From Candidatus Thorarchaeota archaeon SMTZ1-45 (GTDB lineage Archaea; Asgardarchaeota; Thorarchaeia; Thorarchaeales; Thorarchaeaceae): a stretch of DNA of 64,000 nucleotides. Shown piece by piece: positions 10,375-19,817 of this stretch; the first letter of the stretch is position 1; each line of letters starts with the position of its first letter. The stretch covers positions 96,001 to 160,000 of the forward strand of contig LRSL01000069.1 in assembly GCA_001563335.1 (NCBI GenBank), written 5' to 3'. The notes under the pieces are model-generated. The model ran no database searches, was not told the DNA's origin, and saw only the letters and a program-made list of their open reading frames with translations. Both the position numbers and the translations under genes were made by a program.

Positions 10375-11583
10375 AAACTCTTTCGCAATAATTGTAATTG
10401 TTTCCACAAGACGATCTATGTCTTCTATCGAGTTATACGCATGAATTGATGCTTGAATCATTCCATCAGCTGATATTGATTGAATAAGAGAATGTGCACA
10501 GAGTACACCACTCCTTACAGCTATATGTGACTCATCAAGAAACAGTGCAACGTCATGGCAGTTAATTCCATCTTCAGATATGAGATTAAACCCGAAAATA
10601 GTATTATTCTCATCGGGTTCACCATAAATGATTAGACCATCTACCTCTGCAAGTCTTTTAACAAGATATTTCGATAGTTTGTTAATATGTTTTGTAAGTC
10701 CAATTGATTGAAGATTTGTAAGATATTCAAGAGACGCATCTAATCCAGCAATCGCAGGTATGTTAAGATAACCCGATTCAAATTTGTCTGGTTGCAATGC
10801 AATATCAAAAGATTTGTCTTCGACATTTGTGACAGAAGAGCTACCCAATATCCCTGGCTTGTGTGCTTCACCAATTGATTTGTCAATCCATTGAATTGCT
10901 AAACCTGGTGGTCCCATTAGGCCAATGTTAGCTGATAGAATTAAAATGTCGGATCCAAGCGTTGTTAGTGTTTCACTACTAAGCCCTGCTGAACGTGTAA
11001 CATCGGTCAATAAAAGTGCATTAGATTGATGAACGATTTTTGCAGCTTCATGAATTGGATTACGTGTTCCAGGACCAGGTGATACATGACCGACTGCCAC
11101 TAGACCTGTGTTATCATCTACCTTTCTTTCCAATTCATCAATACGCAGGTTTCCTTTGTTATCAGTTGGAACTATTTCTATATCCAGTCCTAATATCTTG
11201 GCCGATTGTAGAAGTGAAATGAAAATAGAATTTTCTTCTCCTTGTCCAATCACTATCTTGTTTTTTCTGTTAGTCTTCCAGTCATATCCATACACAAATG
11301 ATGCAACTGCAGTAGGAATTGATTGTTGAAAAGAAATCTGAGATTTATCGGTTTCAAAAAACATGCCTAATGATTTTCTTGTGTCTTCAACAATTGTACT
11401 ACCTTTCACTGCTAATCGATAAGCACCACGACGTGAAGAAGATATTACGGAATCAAGAAAACTGTTTACAGCAGTCACAGCCTTTCTTGGAACAAGAGTT
11501 GTACTTGCAGAATCAAAATATGCTAAATCTGGAATATGATCATAAACACCAAAATCAGACTTTATGTGAAATTCAGCAGACAT
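10369..11583 (-). CDS. Class V aminotransferase / SufS-like protein with degenerate active site
   Basis: YFDSASTT, KFESGYLNIPAIAGL, RSGVLCA; the SxHK PLP-lysine motif reads SANI. Confidence 0.8.
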   Translation of the reverse strand: MSAEFHIKSDFGVYDHIPDLAYFDSASTTLVPRKAVTAVNSFLDSVISSSRRGAYRLAVKGSTIVEDTRKSLGMFFETDKSQISFQQSIPTAVASFVYGYDWKTNRKNKIVIGQGEENSIFISLLQSAKILGLDIEIVPTDNKGNLRIDELERKVDDNTGLVAVGHVSPGPGTRNPIHEAAKIVHQSNALLLTDVTRSAGLSSETLTTLGSDILILSANIGLMGPPGLAIQWIDKSIGEAHKPGILGSSSVTNVEDKSFDIALQPDKFESGYLNIPAIAGLDASLEYLTNLQSIGLTKHINKLSKYLVKRLAEVDGLIIYGEPDENNTIFGFNLISEDGINCHDVALFLDESHIAVRSGVLCAHSLIQSISADGMIQASIHAYNSIEDIDRLVETITIIAKEFL

Positions 11584-11660
11584 GATTAGTATTTTTGAAA
11601 GAAGCGACTTTAATACAATGCTATACATTGACCAATTTGATTATAGTGAACAGGAATATT

Positions 11661-12644
11661 ATGGAAGGTTATTTCATTATTACCACAGAGAATCTTATCT
11701 TTGAAGTAAAGGGTGTAGTTCATCCCAGAAACCGTGTTATTGCATATCTTCGATATGTTCCGAGTGACAATGAGAGTTCTGAGTTAGTTACTAATTACAG
11801 GAAAATATATGCATTACATGAGAGAGAGAAGTATCTTCAGACTAATTATCCATCTTATCTCTGGTTCAGTAAATCACATGGAAGAGTAGTGCAATCAGTG
11901 CCTAATGATAGGATAAAATCTATTCTTAATCCCATGGATTGTTTGATAAATCTCAGGAGTCATATTGATGATGTGTCTAATTTGGGACAGGCATCTGTGA
12001 ATTTGTCTGAGAGATTGGTGGAATCTACAGGCATTGAACTGTCTAATATAGGAATTACGGGATCGCAACTTATTGGGATTTCCAGAGAAGATTCAGATAT
12101 TGACCTAGTAGTGTATGGTTCAGATGTCTGCCGAAGTTTCTATTCTAATATGTCTAAGAATATAGATTTGATTACAGGTATCAAGCGGTATACAGGAATT
12201 TTACTTGATGAGCATGTTTCTTTTAGATGGGGAGCTCATGAAAGTATGAGATTGATACTTCGAAAGATTGAGCAATCGAAGATATTGCAAGGTTTATTTG
12301 AAGAGTATCATTTCTTTGTGAGATTAGTCAAGATTCCGGATGATCTCAATTATGTCTATGGTGATATTTCATTCCAGATGAAAGGTCAACAGCTAGTCAC
12401 AGGAAAAATATTGAATGATAGTGATGCTATATTCACACCTTGTGAATATCTTGTGGAATGTTATGAGATACCAAATCTCAAGAAACTTGTTAGCTATAGA
12501 GGTCGGTTTACTGAACAGATTATACGCGATGAATTTTTTGAAGCACAAGGAAGACTCGAGATAGTTACTAATCATAAAAAGGAGGAGCAATATATGCAGC
12601 TTGTCTTAGGTGAGCTTCCTACTGATTATTTAATTCCAAAGTAG
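11661..12644 (+). CDS. Predicted archaeal nucleotidyltransferase (Pol-beta superfamily)
   Basis: IGITGSQLIG...DSDIDLVVYG motif; HP..RVIAYLRYVP N-terminus. Confidence 0.8.
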   Translation: MEGYFIITTENLIFEVKGVVHPRNRVIAYLRYVPSDNESSELVTNYRKIYALHEREKYLQTNYPSYLWFSKSHGRVVQSVPNDRIKSILNPMDCLINLRSHIDDVSNLGQASVNLSERLVESTGIELSNIGITGSQLIGISREDSDIDLVVYGSDVCRSFYSNMSKNIDLITGIKRYTGILLDEHVSFRWGAHESMRLILRKIEQSKILQGLFEEYHFFVRLVKIPDDLNYVYGDISFQMKGQQLVTGKILNDSDAIFTPCEYLVECYEIPNLKKLVSYRGRFTEQIIRDEFFEAQGRLEIVTNHKKEEQYMQLVLGELPTDYLIPK

Positions 12645-13118
12645 TCGAGATTGTCTTTCACAGATTGTTCATATTTACATTAATTCACACATCAATTGTG
12701 TGAATGGCGCCTTTATTGTGAATGGTCTGGGAGAAACAGACTTCTTATTGCTCTGATGAGGAAAAATAGATATTATATGTTTCATGATACCTGTGAATAG
12801 ACACACCCCTTCGTTTCCTGTGGAAATGGGTAAATAGACATATGGAATCCTTACATGTTCATTCACAAATAGGATAAATTAGTGAATGATAAAATGGCTG
12901 GAAAATATCTTTTATTTAATGAAAAAAGGGCTCATATTGCTTTTTTATGACAAAAAAGACTTTGAAGGACGTCAGCACAACAAAAACGAAACGGACGAAC
13001 TCTATATGTGTACAGACACACTATGTAGCTCTTATCTTGGTATACATAATTCACATACTCACACTTATTTGGGGTTGTAGTTATTTTGATTGTGAATACT
13101 AAAGAGGAGTAAATTTGT

Positions 13119-13748
13119 TTGAGCGGTGATGATAGAACTAACTATGTGTATGAATTCACATACAGTTCAGCACCGGGTCTTCGTGAGATATTCCAATGTA
13201 AGTATGTCAAACCAAATGAAGCACTTAACAGGTTTAGAAAGATCTTGGCATTAACAGAGTCACCTTTTGATTTCAAGATAGTTGTATCTGATGAAACAAT
13301 GGGAGAAGAGTCTAGTTTTCAAGTGAAGGGTGGTAGTGTAGAAGAAATGTTTGTCAAATTCAAGGTCTTTCTCGAAACAAGCACTGGGTTCGTCTTTGAA
13401 CCAGTTAGTGAGGAAATTACAGAAGTTGGACTAGAGGATACTCGATTTGAATCAATGAGTAATTATGATAAAATGCAAGTGATAATATATGCATCGTTTA
13501 AACATGGCAAATTTTCTTCACTTGATGTTACTGAGATATATCAGGATTCATTCAATGAAGATCTTCCAAAAAGCACAGCATCTACATATCTTGCAAGAAT
13601 GTGGAATAATGGCAAGGGACATTTAGAGCGGTATGGAAATCGTTCAGGTTATACATATAGACTACGAACTGAAATTGCAGAGGTTCAAAAAGAAACTGAA
13701 AGAGCAGAGGAGCTTCTTGCTGCTATACAAATGCGTGTTCGTGATTAA
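13119..13748 (+). CDS. Hypothetical protein with C-terminal winged-helix-like domain
   Basis: FSSLDVTEIY...PKSTASTYLARM...LERYGNRSGYTYRL resembles HTH plus wing; GAGGAG SD before TTG. Confidence 0.55.
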   Translation: MSGDDRTNYVYEFTYSSAPGLREIFQCKYVKPNEALNRFRKILALTESPFDFKIVVSDETMGEESSFQVKGGSVEEMFVKFKVFLETSTGFVFEPVSEEITEVGLEDTRFESMSNYDKMQVIIYASFKHGKFSSLDVTEIYQDSFNEDLPKSTASTYLARMWNNGKGHLERYGNRSGYTYRLRTEIAEVQKETERAEELLAAIQMRVRD

Positions 13749-13781
13749 GTTAAAACCATTGTAAGAATTTAATCTTCATCA

Positions 13782-15098
13782 TCACAAATCAAATGTTTTT
13801 TCATCCATTGTAATATTGAGTGTTTCCAATTCCTTGAGTATTGGTTCATAGATTTCTGGAATTATTGGTCTATGAACACCAGTTAGAGTAATCTTTTCAT
13901 TGAGAATCATTTTGCTTGCTATAGCAACTGGAAGAGCTACAGTTCTTGACATTGAGCTATCTCCATTTGGAATGCCATAGTCAATGAGTGTAGAAGTAAT
14001 TCTTTGTTGTTTGTCTGGGTATTGTACTAGAAATTCATGATGCATAACAATCATATCACGCTCTCCAGGTGAATATTGTAGTTTTTCTTCAAATAAATTA
14101 CAGAGAGCATCTAGAATTGTGTTAGTACCTGAAGGAATTTTTTCCTCTTTAAACAGTCCTAGCCATTCCAAGCGTCTAATAATTGGATCATTGGGTGCAA
14201 TGTTACAAATCTTTGCAATTGTAGATTTTATGTTGGAATCACTTGATGATGTTAATTCTTTCAAAAGGTCAGCATAAGTTAATCCTTCAAGAGACCGTTC
14301 TTCTAAATTTAGAAGACCCAAATCTGCTATTTTGTCTAATGTACTGCACCAACCAACGTTCCTAAATGTTCCACGAAGCATTGTTTTTGTTTCAGGAATA
14401 TTATAGATATCTATGTATGAAAGACTATCACGATTAGGATATCCTTCAAAAGTACCTATTCCAGGAACTTCCATAAGTTCACAATTTTCGAAAAGCTCAG
14501 GACCAGGAATGTTAATCTCTTTTCCATCACGCAGAAATTTTGCATCATTTCGTCCAGCGAGAAGCACTCCGCGTGGACTCCAAGACAATTTGTATCCATA
14601 AGGATTATTATTTGAATCTGGAGCTGGAAGTCCTCCAGTAAAAGAAGTAAAACTTACAATCTTTCCATTATTGTTATGAACTTCATCAATAATTTTCATA
14701 GCACTCATATGATCGATACCTGGGTCAACTCCACATTCGTTTAGAAGAAGAATTCCAGCTTTCCTTGCATTATCATCAAGAGCTTTCATCTCATTTGAAA
14801 TATATGATGTAGTACAGAAGTGTGTCTTGTGTCTTATCGCAACTTTAGCAGCCTTAACATGATATGTATATGGTAATAGAGAACAAACAAGGTCAGCTTT
14901 TTTGGTGAGCTCTTCTAAGAGATTGTCATCCTTTGCTATATTGAAAGTCACAGCCTCGGTATTTTTGCAACCTTCAATCAAATGTTCAGCTTTACTTATT
15001 GTACGACTTGCAACAATTATATTGAAGCCATTATCAGACAGATATTGTATATATGGTCGAGCTACTAATCCGGCACCCAAGCACACTATTTTCTTCAT
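13782..15098 (-). CDS. Saccharopine dehydrogenase (glutamate-forming; Lys9/AASS SDH-like)
   Basis: LGAGLV, ECGVDPGIDHM, YKLSWSPRGVL, EGYPNRDS, SMSRTV. Confidence 0.92.
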   Translation of the reverse strand: MKKIVCLGAGLVARPYIQYLSDNGFNIIVASRTISKAEHLIEGCKNTEAVTFNIAKDDNLLEELTKKADLVCSLLPYTYHVKAAKVAIRHKTHFCTTSYISNEMKALDDNARKAGILLLNECGVDPGIDHMSAMKIIDEVHNNNGKIVSFTSFTGGLPAPDSNNNPYGYKLSWSPRGVLLAGRNDAKFLRDGKEINIPGPELFENCELMEVPGIGTFEGYPNRDSLSYIDIYNIPETKTMLRGTFRNVGWCSTLDKIADLGLLNLEERSLEGLTYADLLKELTSSSDSNIKSTIAKICNIAPNDPIIRRLEWLGLFKEEKIPSGTNTILDALCNLFEEKLQYSPGERDMIVMHHEFLVQYPDKQQRITSTLIDYGIPNGDSSMSRTVALPVAIASKMILNEKITLTGVHRPIIPEIYEPILKELETLNITMDEKTFDL

Positions 15099-15100
15099 TC

Positions 15101-16405
15101 TTAATTATCCTCCTTTGAAAGATATTGTTCAAGATATTGAAATTCTCTAGTTAGTTGTCCTCGATAGACTATCACAGCATCTTTGAGTTCACGAGGTAAA
15201 TCAAGTTTTGAATATGGTACTGTGAAATCTGTACTTGCTAGAGCTGGAATAAAATCAAGAAGTGTTTCGCTAAAGGATGTAGATGATTCACGTGGAAGTT
15301 CACATGGCAGATTGTCTACAGCCATGATTACAGGTCCTTCACCTTCTATACCTAGCTCTGCTCGATCTTCATCAATAATGTATGTGAATGCTGGTTTATC
15401 TGGACTTGTGCATTGAACAGTGAATTCTATTGCCCCTCTTATATCACAAGAAATGTCGCCTATTATTTGGAGCTTTCGATTATCATTGTGCCAATGATTA
15501 CGAATAAAATCAAGAGTCAATAATCTTGGATATTTGTCTGACCAGTATATGCAGTTCATCAATACTGTGAGATAAGGGACGTGTTTATGGAAAACACCGA
15601 TATACTTTGTTTTTCCATATTTGTAATAGTCTTGGAGATCAAACTTTGTTGATGGATCCTTGGGTTCAACCATGTGCTCTTCTTTGAATATGCATTTATA
15701 GATTAGATTTGGTTCAGGTGTTAGATGAGGTAATTCTTCTGGATTGATAGTCTTGTGAGGAAGAATATCAAAGATTTCTTGAGCACCTCTAGAAACATTT
15801 CCATAACCTGCAAATCCTATCACAAAGGGCATTAATTTGTCAGGAAGTCCTTGTTCCTTGATTCGGTTACCGAGAAGTCTAAACTCTTCTTTTAGTTCAT
15901 TAAGCTCTCTTATCTCAAGTGTTGGCTTCATTTTAGAAAATGGATTAGGCCTTATCCCCATTATTTCAAGACGCTTACCAAGTATACGAAATGTATTTGA
16001 AATCCCGGCCATACCAGCCCAGTTGCCAAAGAAAATGAGTCTTCGACCTTTTTCATTGACCACTTTTTCATAATCAATCAGTGTTGCTCCAACATCCATT
16101 ATTTTTTTGAGCATGGGCATATTTTTTGGTTGGCCCTTGACAGTATGACTAAAGAATATGTATACGACATCTTTCTCAAAGATATCAAGAGGCATCTCTT
16201 TTATTCCCATTACAATAGATACACCACTGCCTCTTAATGATTGAACATCAATATCATACTCGTCCTCTGAAAATGCACGTTGATCACTTGGTTCTAACAC
16301 AAAGTCAATATCATATTTACTCTGTAATAATTTAACATGGTCAGGCACCACTGGAACTCGAGTTTCAAATGCTTTCTCTTCTTTCCTAAGTCCAATTCGA
16401 TTCAT
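15101..16405 (-). CDS. Lysine-ketoglutarate reductase (AASS LKR-like)
   Basis: FFSHTVKGQ, LIDYE, GYGNVSRGAQEI, NCIYW, DISCD, AVDNLPCELPRESS. Confidence 0.88.
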   Translation of the reverse strand: MNRIGLRKEEKAFETRVPVVPDHVKLLQSKYDIDFVLEPSDQRAFSEDEYDIDVQSLRGSGVSIVMGIKEMPLDIFEKDVVYIFFSHTVKGQPKNMPMLKKIMDVGATLIDYEKVVNEKGRRLIFFGNWAGMAGISNTFRILGKRLEIMGIRPNPFSKMKPTLEIRELNELKEEFRLLGNRIKEQGLPDKLMPFVIGFAGYGNVSRGAQEIFDILPHKTINPEELPHLTPEPNLIYKCIFKEEHMVEPKDPSTKFDLQDYYKYGKTKYIGVFHKHVPYLTVLMNCIYWSDKYPRLLTLDFIRNHWHNDNRKLQIIGDISCDIRGAIEFTVQCTSPDKPAFTYIIDEDRAELGIEGEGPVIMAVDNLPCELPRESSTSFSETLLDFIPALASTDFTVPYSKLDLPRELKDAVIVYRGQLTREFQYLEQYLSKEDN

Positions 16406-16552
16406 TGTTTGTCCTCTATATTCCAGCTCAATGTGGAGGTGGTGTTAATGCCGTGGGCCAAGTTACTTACGCTTTAACTTTTCCTTGCCGGCCAACTATT
16501 ATATTACTAGAATTAAAAATCAGAACACGTGTTCTCTAATTGGTTGTTTTAG

Positions 16553-16840
16553 ATGGCTTTGTATTTGTACTTGTATGACTGTCAGCATGCAAGAAGAACT
16601 AATGCTAGACGTGTTGCTTTCACTAAGGAGCTTTATGGATATTTTTACTCTTGGAAAACAAAATCAGGAATCAGGCAAAAAAGAAAACCAGGTCTTTTAG
16701 AAGAATGTCCTGGTGCAGAGGCTGTTGCAGATTCAGCTATTCTTGTTCCTTCTGAATATCGTTCTATTTTTGATATACTCTTTAAAATGTATGAGGATAT
16801 TCTCAAATTGAGGATCTATGAAGTTGTTCAAGAATTATAG
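16553..16840 (+). CDS. Small hypothetical protein, possible Cas2/VapD-like ferredoxin fold
   Basis: YLYLYD beta strand, basic helix RRVAFTKELYG, DSAILVP. Confidence 0.55.
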   Translation: MALYLYLYDCQHARRTNARRVAFTKELYGYFYSWKTKSGIRQKRKPGLLEECPGAEAVADSAILVPSEYRSIFDILFKMYEDILKLRIYEVVQEL

Positions 16841-16961
16841 GAATAAATATTTAGAACATGTGTTCTAATTTTATTACTTGTATTACAACACAGATAATAC
16901 AAATTCAATGTAAATTTGATCTATCATTTCTTATGGAACATGTGTTCTAAAATCAATTGGA

Positions 16962-17125
16962 CCCCCTTGTTTCCACTAGAGATTATTACTAGCTATCTAA
17001 TCGTTTAAATATCAAAAAATATATATAATCGTTTTAGAAGCTGTTTTTATCTCCATTTTTTTAACATAAAATAATACCCGCTGAAACCATTCTCCATAAG
17101 ATCTTTCTAGTGGAAATGAAGGGGT
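16962..17125. other. Putative replication origin (oriC): inverted ORB pair flanking an AT-rich DUE
   Basis: TCTAGTGGAAACAAGGGGG on minus strand (16962-16980) and TCTAGTGGAAATGAAGGGGT on plus strand (17106-17125); AT-rich spacer of about 125 bp. Confidence 0.8.
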
Positions 17126-17265
17126 CTTATCCAGATACATTACCAGATATTATTTACATAATCCGTGAATAATACATGCTAGAACACGTGTTCTAACCTT
17201 CAAAATTCCTGTTCAATACCACAAAACTGATACAGTACTCACAATTTTCACCGAATAACTCATAC

Positions 17266-19182
17266 ATGGAGGATCAGCTAATGACAAAATCCAAGGAACT
17301 TCTTGAAGATCAACCAGGAAAAGAAATTCTTCTCCTAGCAAATGAAGCAATTGCACGAGGTGTTTTAGAAGCTGGTGTTAGAATAGTAGCTCTTTATCCT
17401 GGTACACCAAGTAGTGAAATTGGAAATAACCTTACATTTATGGCACCGCATATTCCAAATTTCTATTTTGAATTCAGTACAAATGAAAAAGTTGCATTAG
17501 AAGTAGCTGGTGCAGCTGCTGTTGCTGGCGTAAGATCTATGATGGTATGCAAAGGTCCTGGTCTCAATGTAGCTGCTGATCCATTCTTTTCTTTATCATA
17601 TGTTGGTGTTCGAGGAGGATTGGTAGTTGTCGTAGCAGATGACCCAAGTATGTGGAGCTCACAAAATGAGAATGACAGTAGATACTATGCACTAATGGGA
17701 AACATGCCAATGATGGAACCTGCTGATCCAATAGAAGCAAAATCTATGTTGCTTGAGGCTTACAAGCTTTCTGAAAAATTAGAGCTCCCAGTACTCTTCC
17801 GAACAACAACAAGAGTGAATCATACTCGAGCTCCAGTGAAATTTGGGAAAATTCTTCAACGTCCGAATAAAATTGAATTTGAAAAAGAACCATTTCGATT
17901 TGTTCCCATTCCTTCTGTTGCTCGAAAAAGACATCCATGGCTTCTTGGACAAATAGATATTGCACGTGAATTATCAGAAAAAAGCAAACTAAACTTTACA
18001 GAGGGTAAAGGTGATCTTGGGATAATCACTTCTGGAGTTTCATATAACTATGTCATTGAAGCACTATTAATCATGAAAATAAAAGCAGAAGTCTTGAAAC
18101 TTGGAATCACACATCCAGTCCCTGAAAAAATGATTATAGATTTTCTTAGTCGTCATAAACAGGTTATGATTGTTGAAGAGTTGGAACCATTTTTAGAAAC
18201 ACATGCAAGACGTCTAGCACAACTGAACAAAGTCAATGTAGAAATCATCGGAAAGGAACAAGGAATATTCTCACGCACTTACGAGTATAGTCCTCGAATT
18301 GTCATGAATGCTTTAAATAAAATTACTACACGTAATACACCTATTAATTGGGAAGAAATCGATAAGAAAACCCAAGAATTACCAGAGCTACCTCCAAGAC
18401 CTCCACTTCTATGCGCTGGGTGTCCACATAGAGCAACTTACTATGCGATTAGAACTGCCACAAGAGGAAAAGCTATCTATCCTTCTGATATTGGCTGTTA
18501 CACATTAAGCATTTCTTCTCCACTAGAAACTGCAGACATACTATTTGACATGGGATCTTCAATAACTACTGCTTGTGGTCTTGCAGAGGTTACAGATCAA
18601 GATATAGTTGCTTCAATCGGTGATAGTACATTCTTTGCTTCTGGTCTACCAGGTATTACAAATGCAGTTTATAATCAGCATCGAATCTGTGTTGTTGTAC
18701 TTGATAACCGTACTACTGCAATGACTGGTCATCAACCTCACCCTGGTACTGGAGTGACTGGTATGCAAAAGGAAGTTCCACCATTGGATATCGAAGAAGT
18801 ATGTAAGGGGCTTGGTGTTAAGTATGTCAAGACAGTTGAACCATTTGAGTCAATGGCAAGTTTGGTTGCAGAGGTACGTGAGATGGTCAAATGGACCAGA
18901 GAGAATCATAGTCCTGCAGTCTTAATATCAAAAGAACCGTGTGCTCTTCTTACTGCTGCTGAACGCCAACGTGCAGGTGAATTTCCACCCAAGTACTATG
19001 TCGACTCAGAGATCTGTAATGCATGCAAGCGCTGCCTTAATCGCCTATCTTGTCCTGCTATGTATATGGATTCTGAAACAGAACAAGCAATAATTGATGA
19101 CACATTATGTAATCTTTGTGGAACTTGTGTTTCAGTATGTCCACAGGGAGCTATAAAACGGGAGGAAACCGTAAATGAATAG
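17266..19182 (+). CDS. iorA: Indolepyruvate:ferredoxin oxidoreductase alpha subunit
   Basis: YPGTPSSEI, NEKVALE, GLNVAAD, LCAGCPHR, SDIGCY, GDSTF, C-terminal ferredoxin. Confidence 0.96.
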   Translation: MEDQLMTKSKELLEDQPGKEILLLANEAIARGVLEAGVRIVALYPGTPSSEIGNNLTFMAPHIPNFYFEFSTNEKVALEVAGAAAVAGVRSMMVCKGPGLNVAADPFFSLSYVGVRGGLVVVVADDPSMWSSQNENDSRYYALMGNMPMMEPADPIEAKSMLLEAYKLSEKLELPVLFRTTTRVNHTRAPVKFGKILQRPNKIEFEKEPFRFVPIPSVARKRHPWLLGQIDIARELSEKSKLNFTEGKGDLGIITSGVSYNYVIEALLIMKIKAEVLKLGITHPVPEKMIIDFLSRHKQVMIVEELEPFLETHARRLAQLNKVNVEIIGKEQGIFSRTYEYSPRIVMNALNKITTRNTPINWEEIDKKTQELPELPPRPPLLCAGCPHRATYYAIRTATRGKAIYPSDIGCYTLSISSPLETADILFDMGSSITTACGLAEVTDQDIVASIGDSTFFASGLPGITNAVYNQHRICVVVLDNRTTAMTGHQPHPGTGVTGMQKEVPPLDIEEVCKGLGVKYVKTVEPFESMASLVAEVREMVKWTRENHSPAVLISKEPCALLTAAERQRAGEFPPKYYVDSEICNACKRCLNRLSCPAMYMDSETEQAIIDDTLCNLCGTCVSVCPQGAIKREETVNE

Positions 19183-19792
19183 TATTACTAGTAATACAGT
19201 GAATATTGCAATTACTGGAGTAGGAGGTCAAGGAGTTCTAACTCTTTCCGAGATTTTAGCAAGGGCTGCATTAGAATGTGGTTTCAATGTTCGTGTAGGA
19301 GAAATCCATGGAATGGCTCAGAGGGGGGGTCATGTCGTTTGTACAGTTCGAATAGGTAAGAATGCTAGAGGTCCAATTATTGATCCAGGTTTTGCTCATC
19401 TTCTTGTTGGATTCGAACCCCTTGAAACTCTAAGGGAAATTAATCTTGTCAAACAAGGCGGATGCATTCTCATGAGTTCTCATGTACAATACCCTGTTGC
19501 AGTTTCAATGGGTCACTCTAAATATCCTAGCCATGAAGAAATAATCAAGAACATGAAAAAATATACTGACAGAATAATCGAATTTGACGCTTTAGAGCTT
19601 GCAGTAAAAGCAGGAAGCACTCAAGCACTCAATATGGTTATGTTAGGAGCAATCATTGGTACTAACTTAGTACCAATCACAAAAGAAGTGGCACTCAATG
19701 TTGTTCGTACAGCATTCCCAAAGAAATTTGAGAAAATCAATGTTAATGCAACAAAATTGGGTTTTGAAATGGCACAAGCTTGCAAGAAGTAA
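19175..19792 (+). CDS. iorB: Indolepyruvate:ferredoxin oxidoreductase beta subunit
   Basis: GVGGQG, EIHGMAQRGG, NMVMLGA. Confidence 0.95.
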   Translation: MNSITSNTVNIAITGVGGQGVLTLSEILARAALECGFNVRVGEIHGMAQRGGHVVCTVRIGKNARGPIIDPGFAHLLVGFEPLETLREINLVKQGGCILMSSHVQYPVAVSMGHSKYPSHEEIIKNMKKYTDRIIEFDALELAVKAGSTQALNMVMLGAIIGTNLVPITKEVALNVVRTAFPKKFEKINVNATKLGFEMAQACKK

Positions 19793-19817
19793 CTCTCTAA
19801 TACTAGTATTACAATTA

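Larger units (their letters stand above)
16522..17195. repeat. Four copies of palindrome (A/G)GAACAYGTGTTCT
   Basis: Copies at 16522-16535, 16851-16868, 16935-16948 and 17180-17195. Confidence 0.9.

Noticed and set aside
16522-17195. CRISPR array suggested by the Cas2-like gene and repeated palindromes
   Set aside because: Repeats are only 14-18 bp with irregular spacing (about 330, 80 and 245 bp), and no cas1 or effector genes are present
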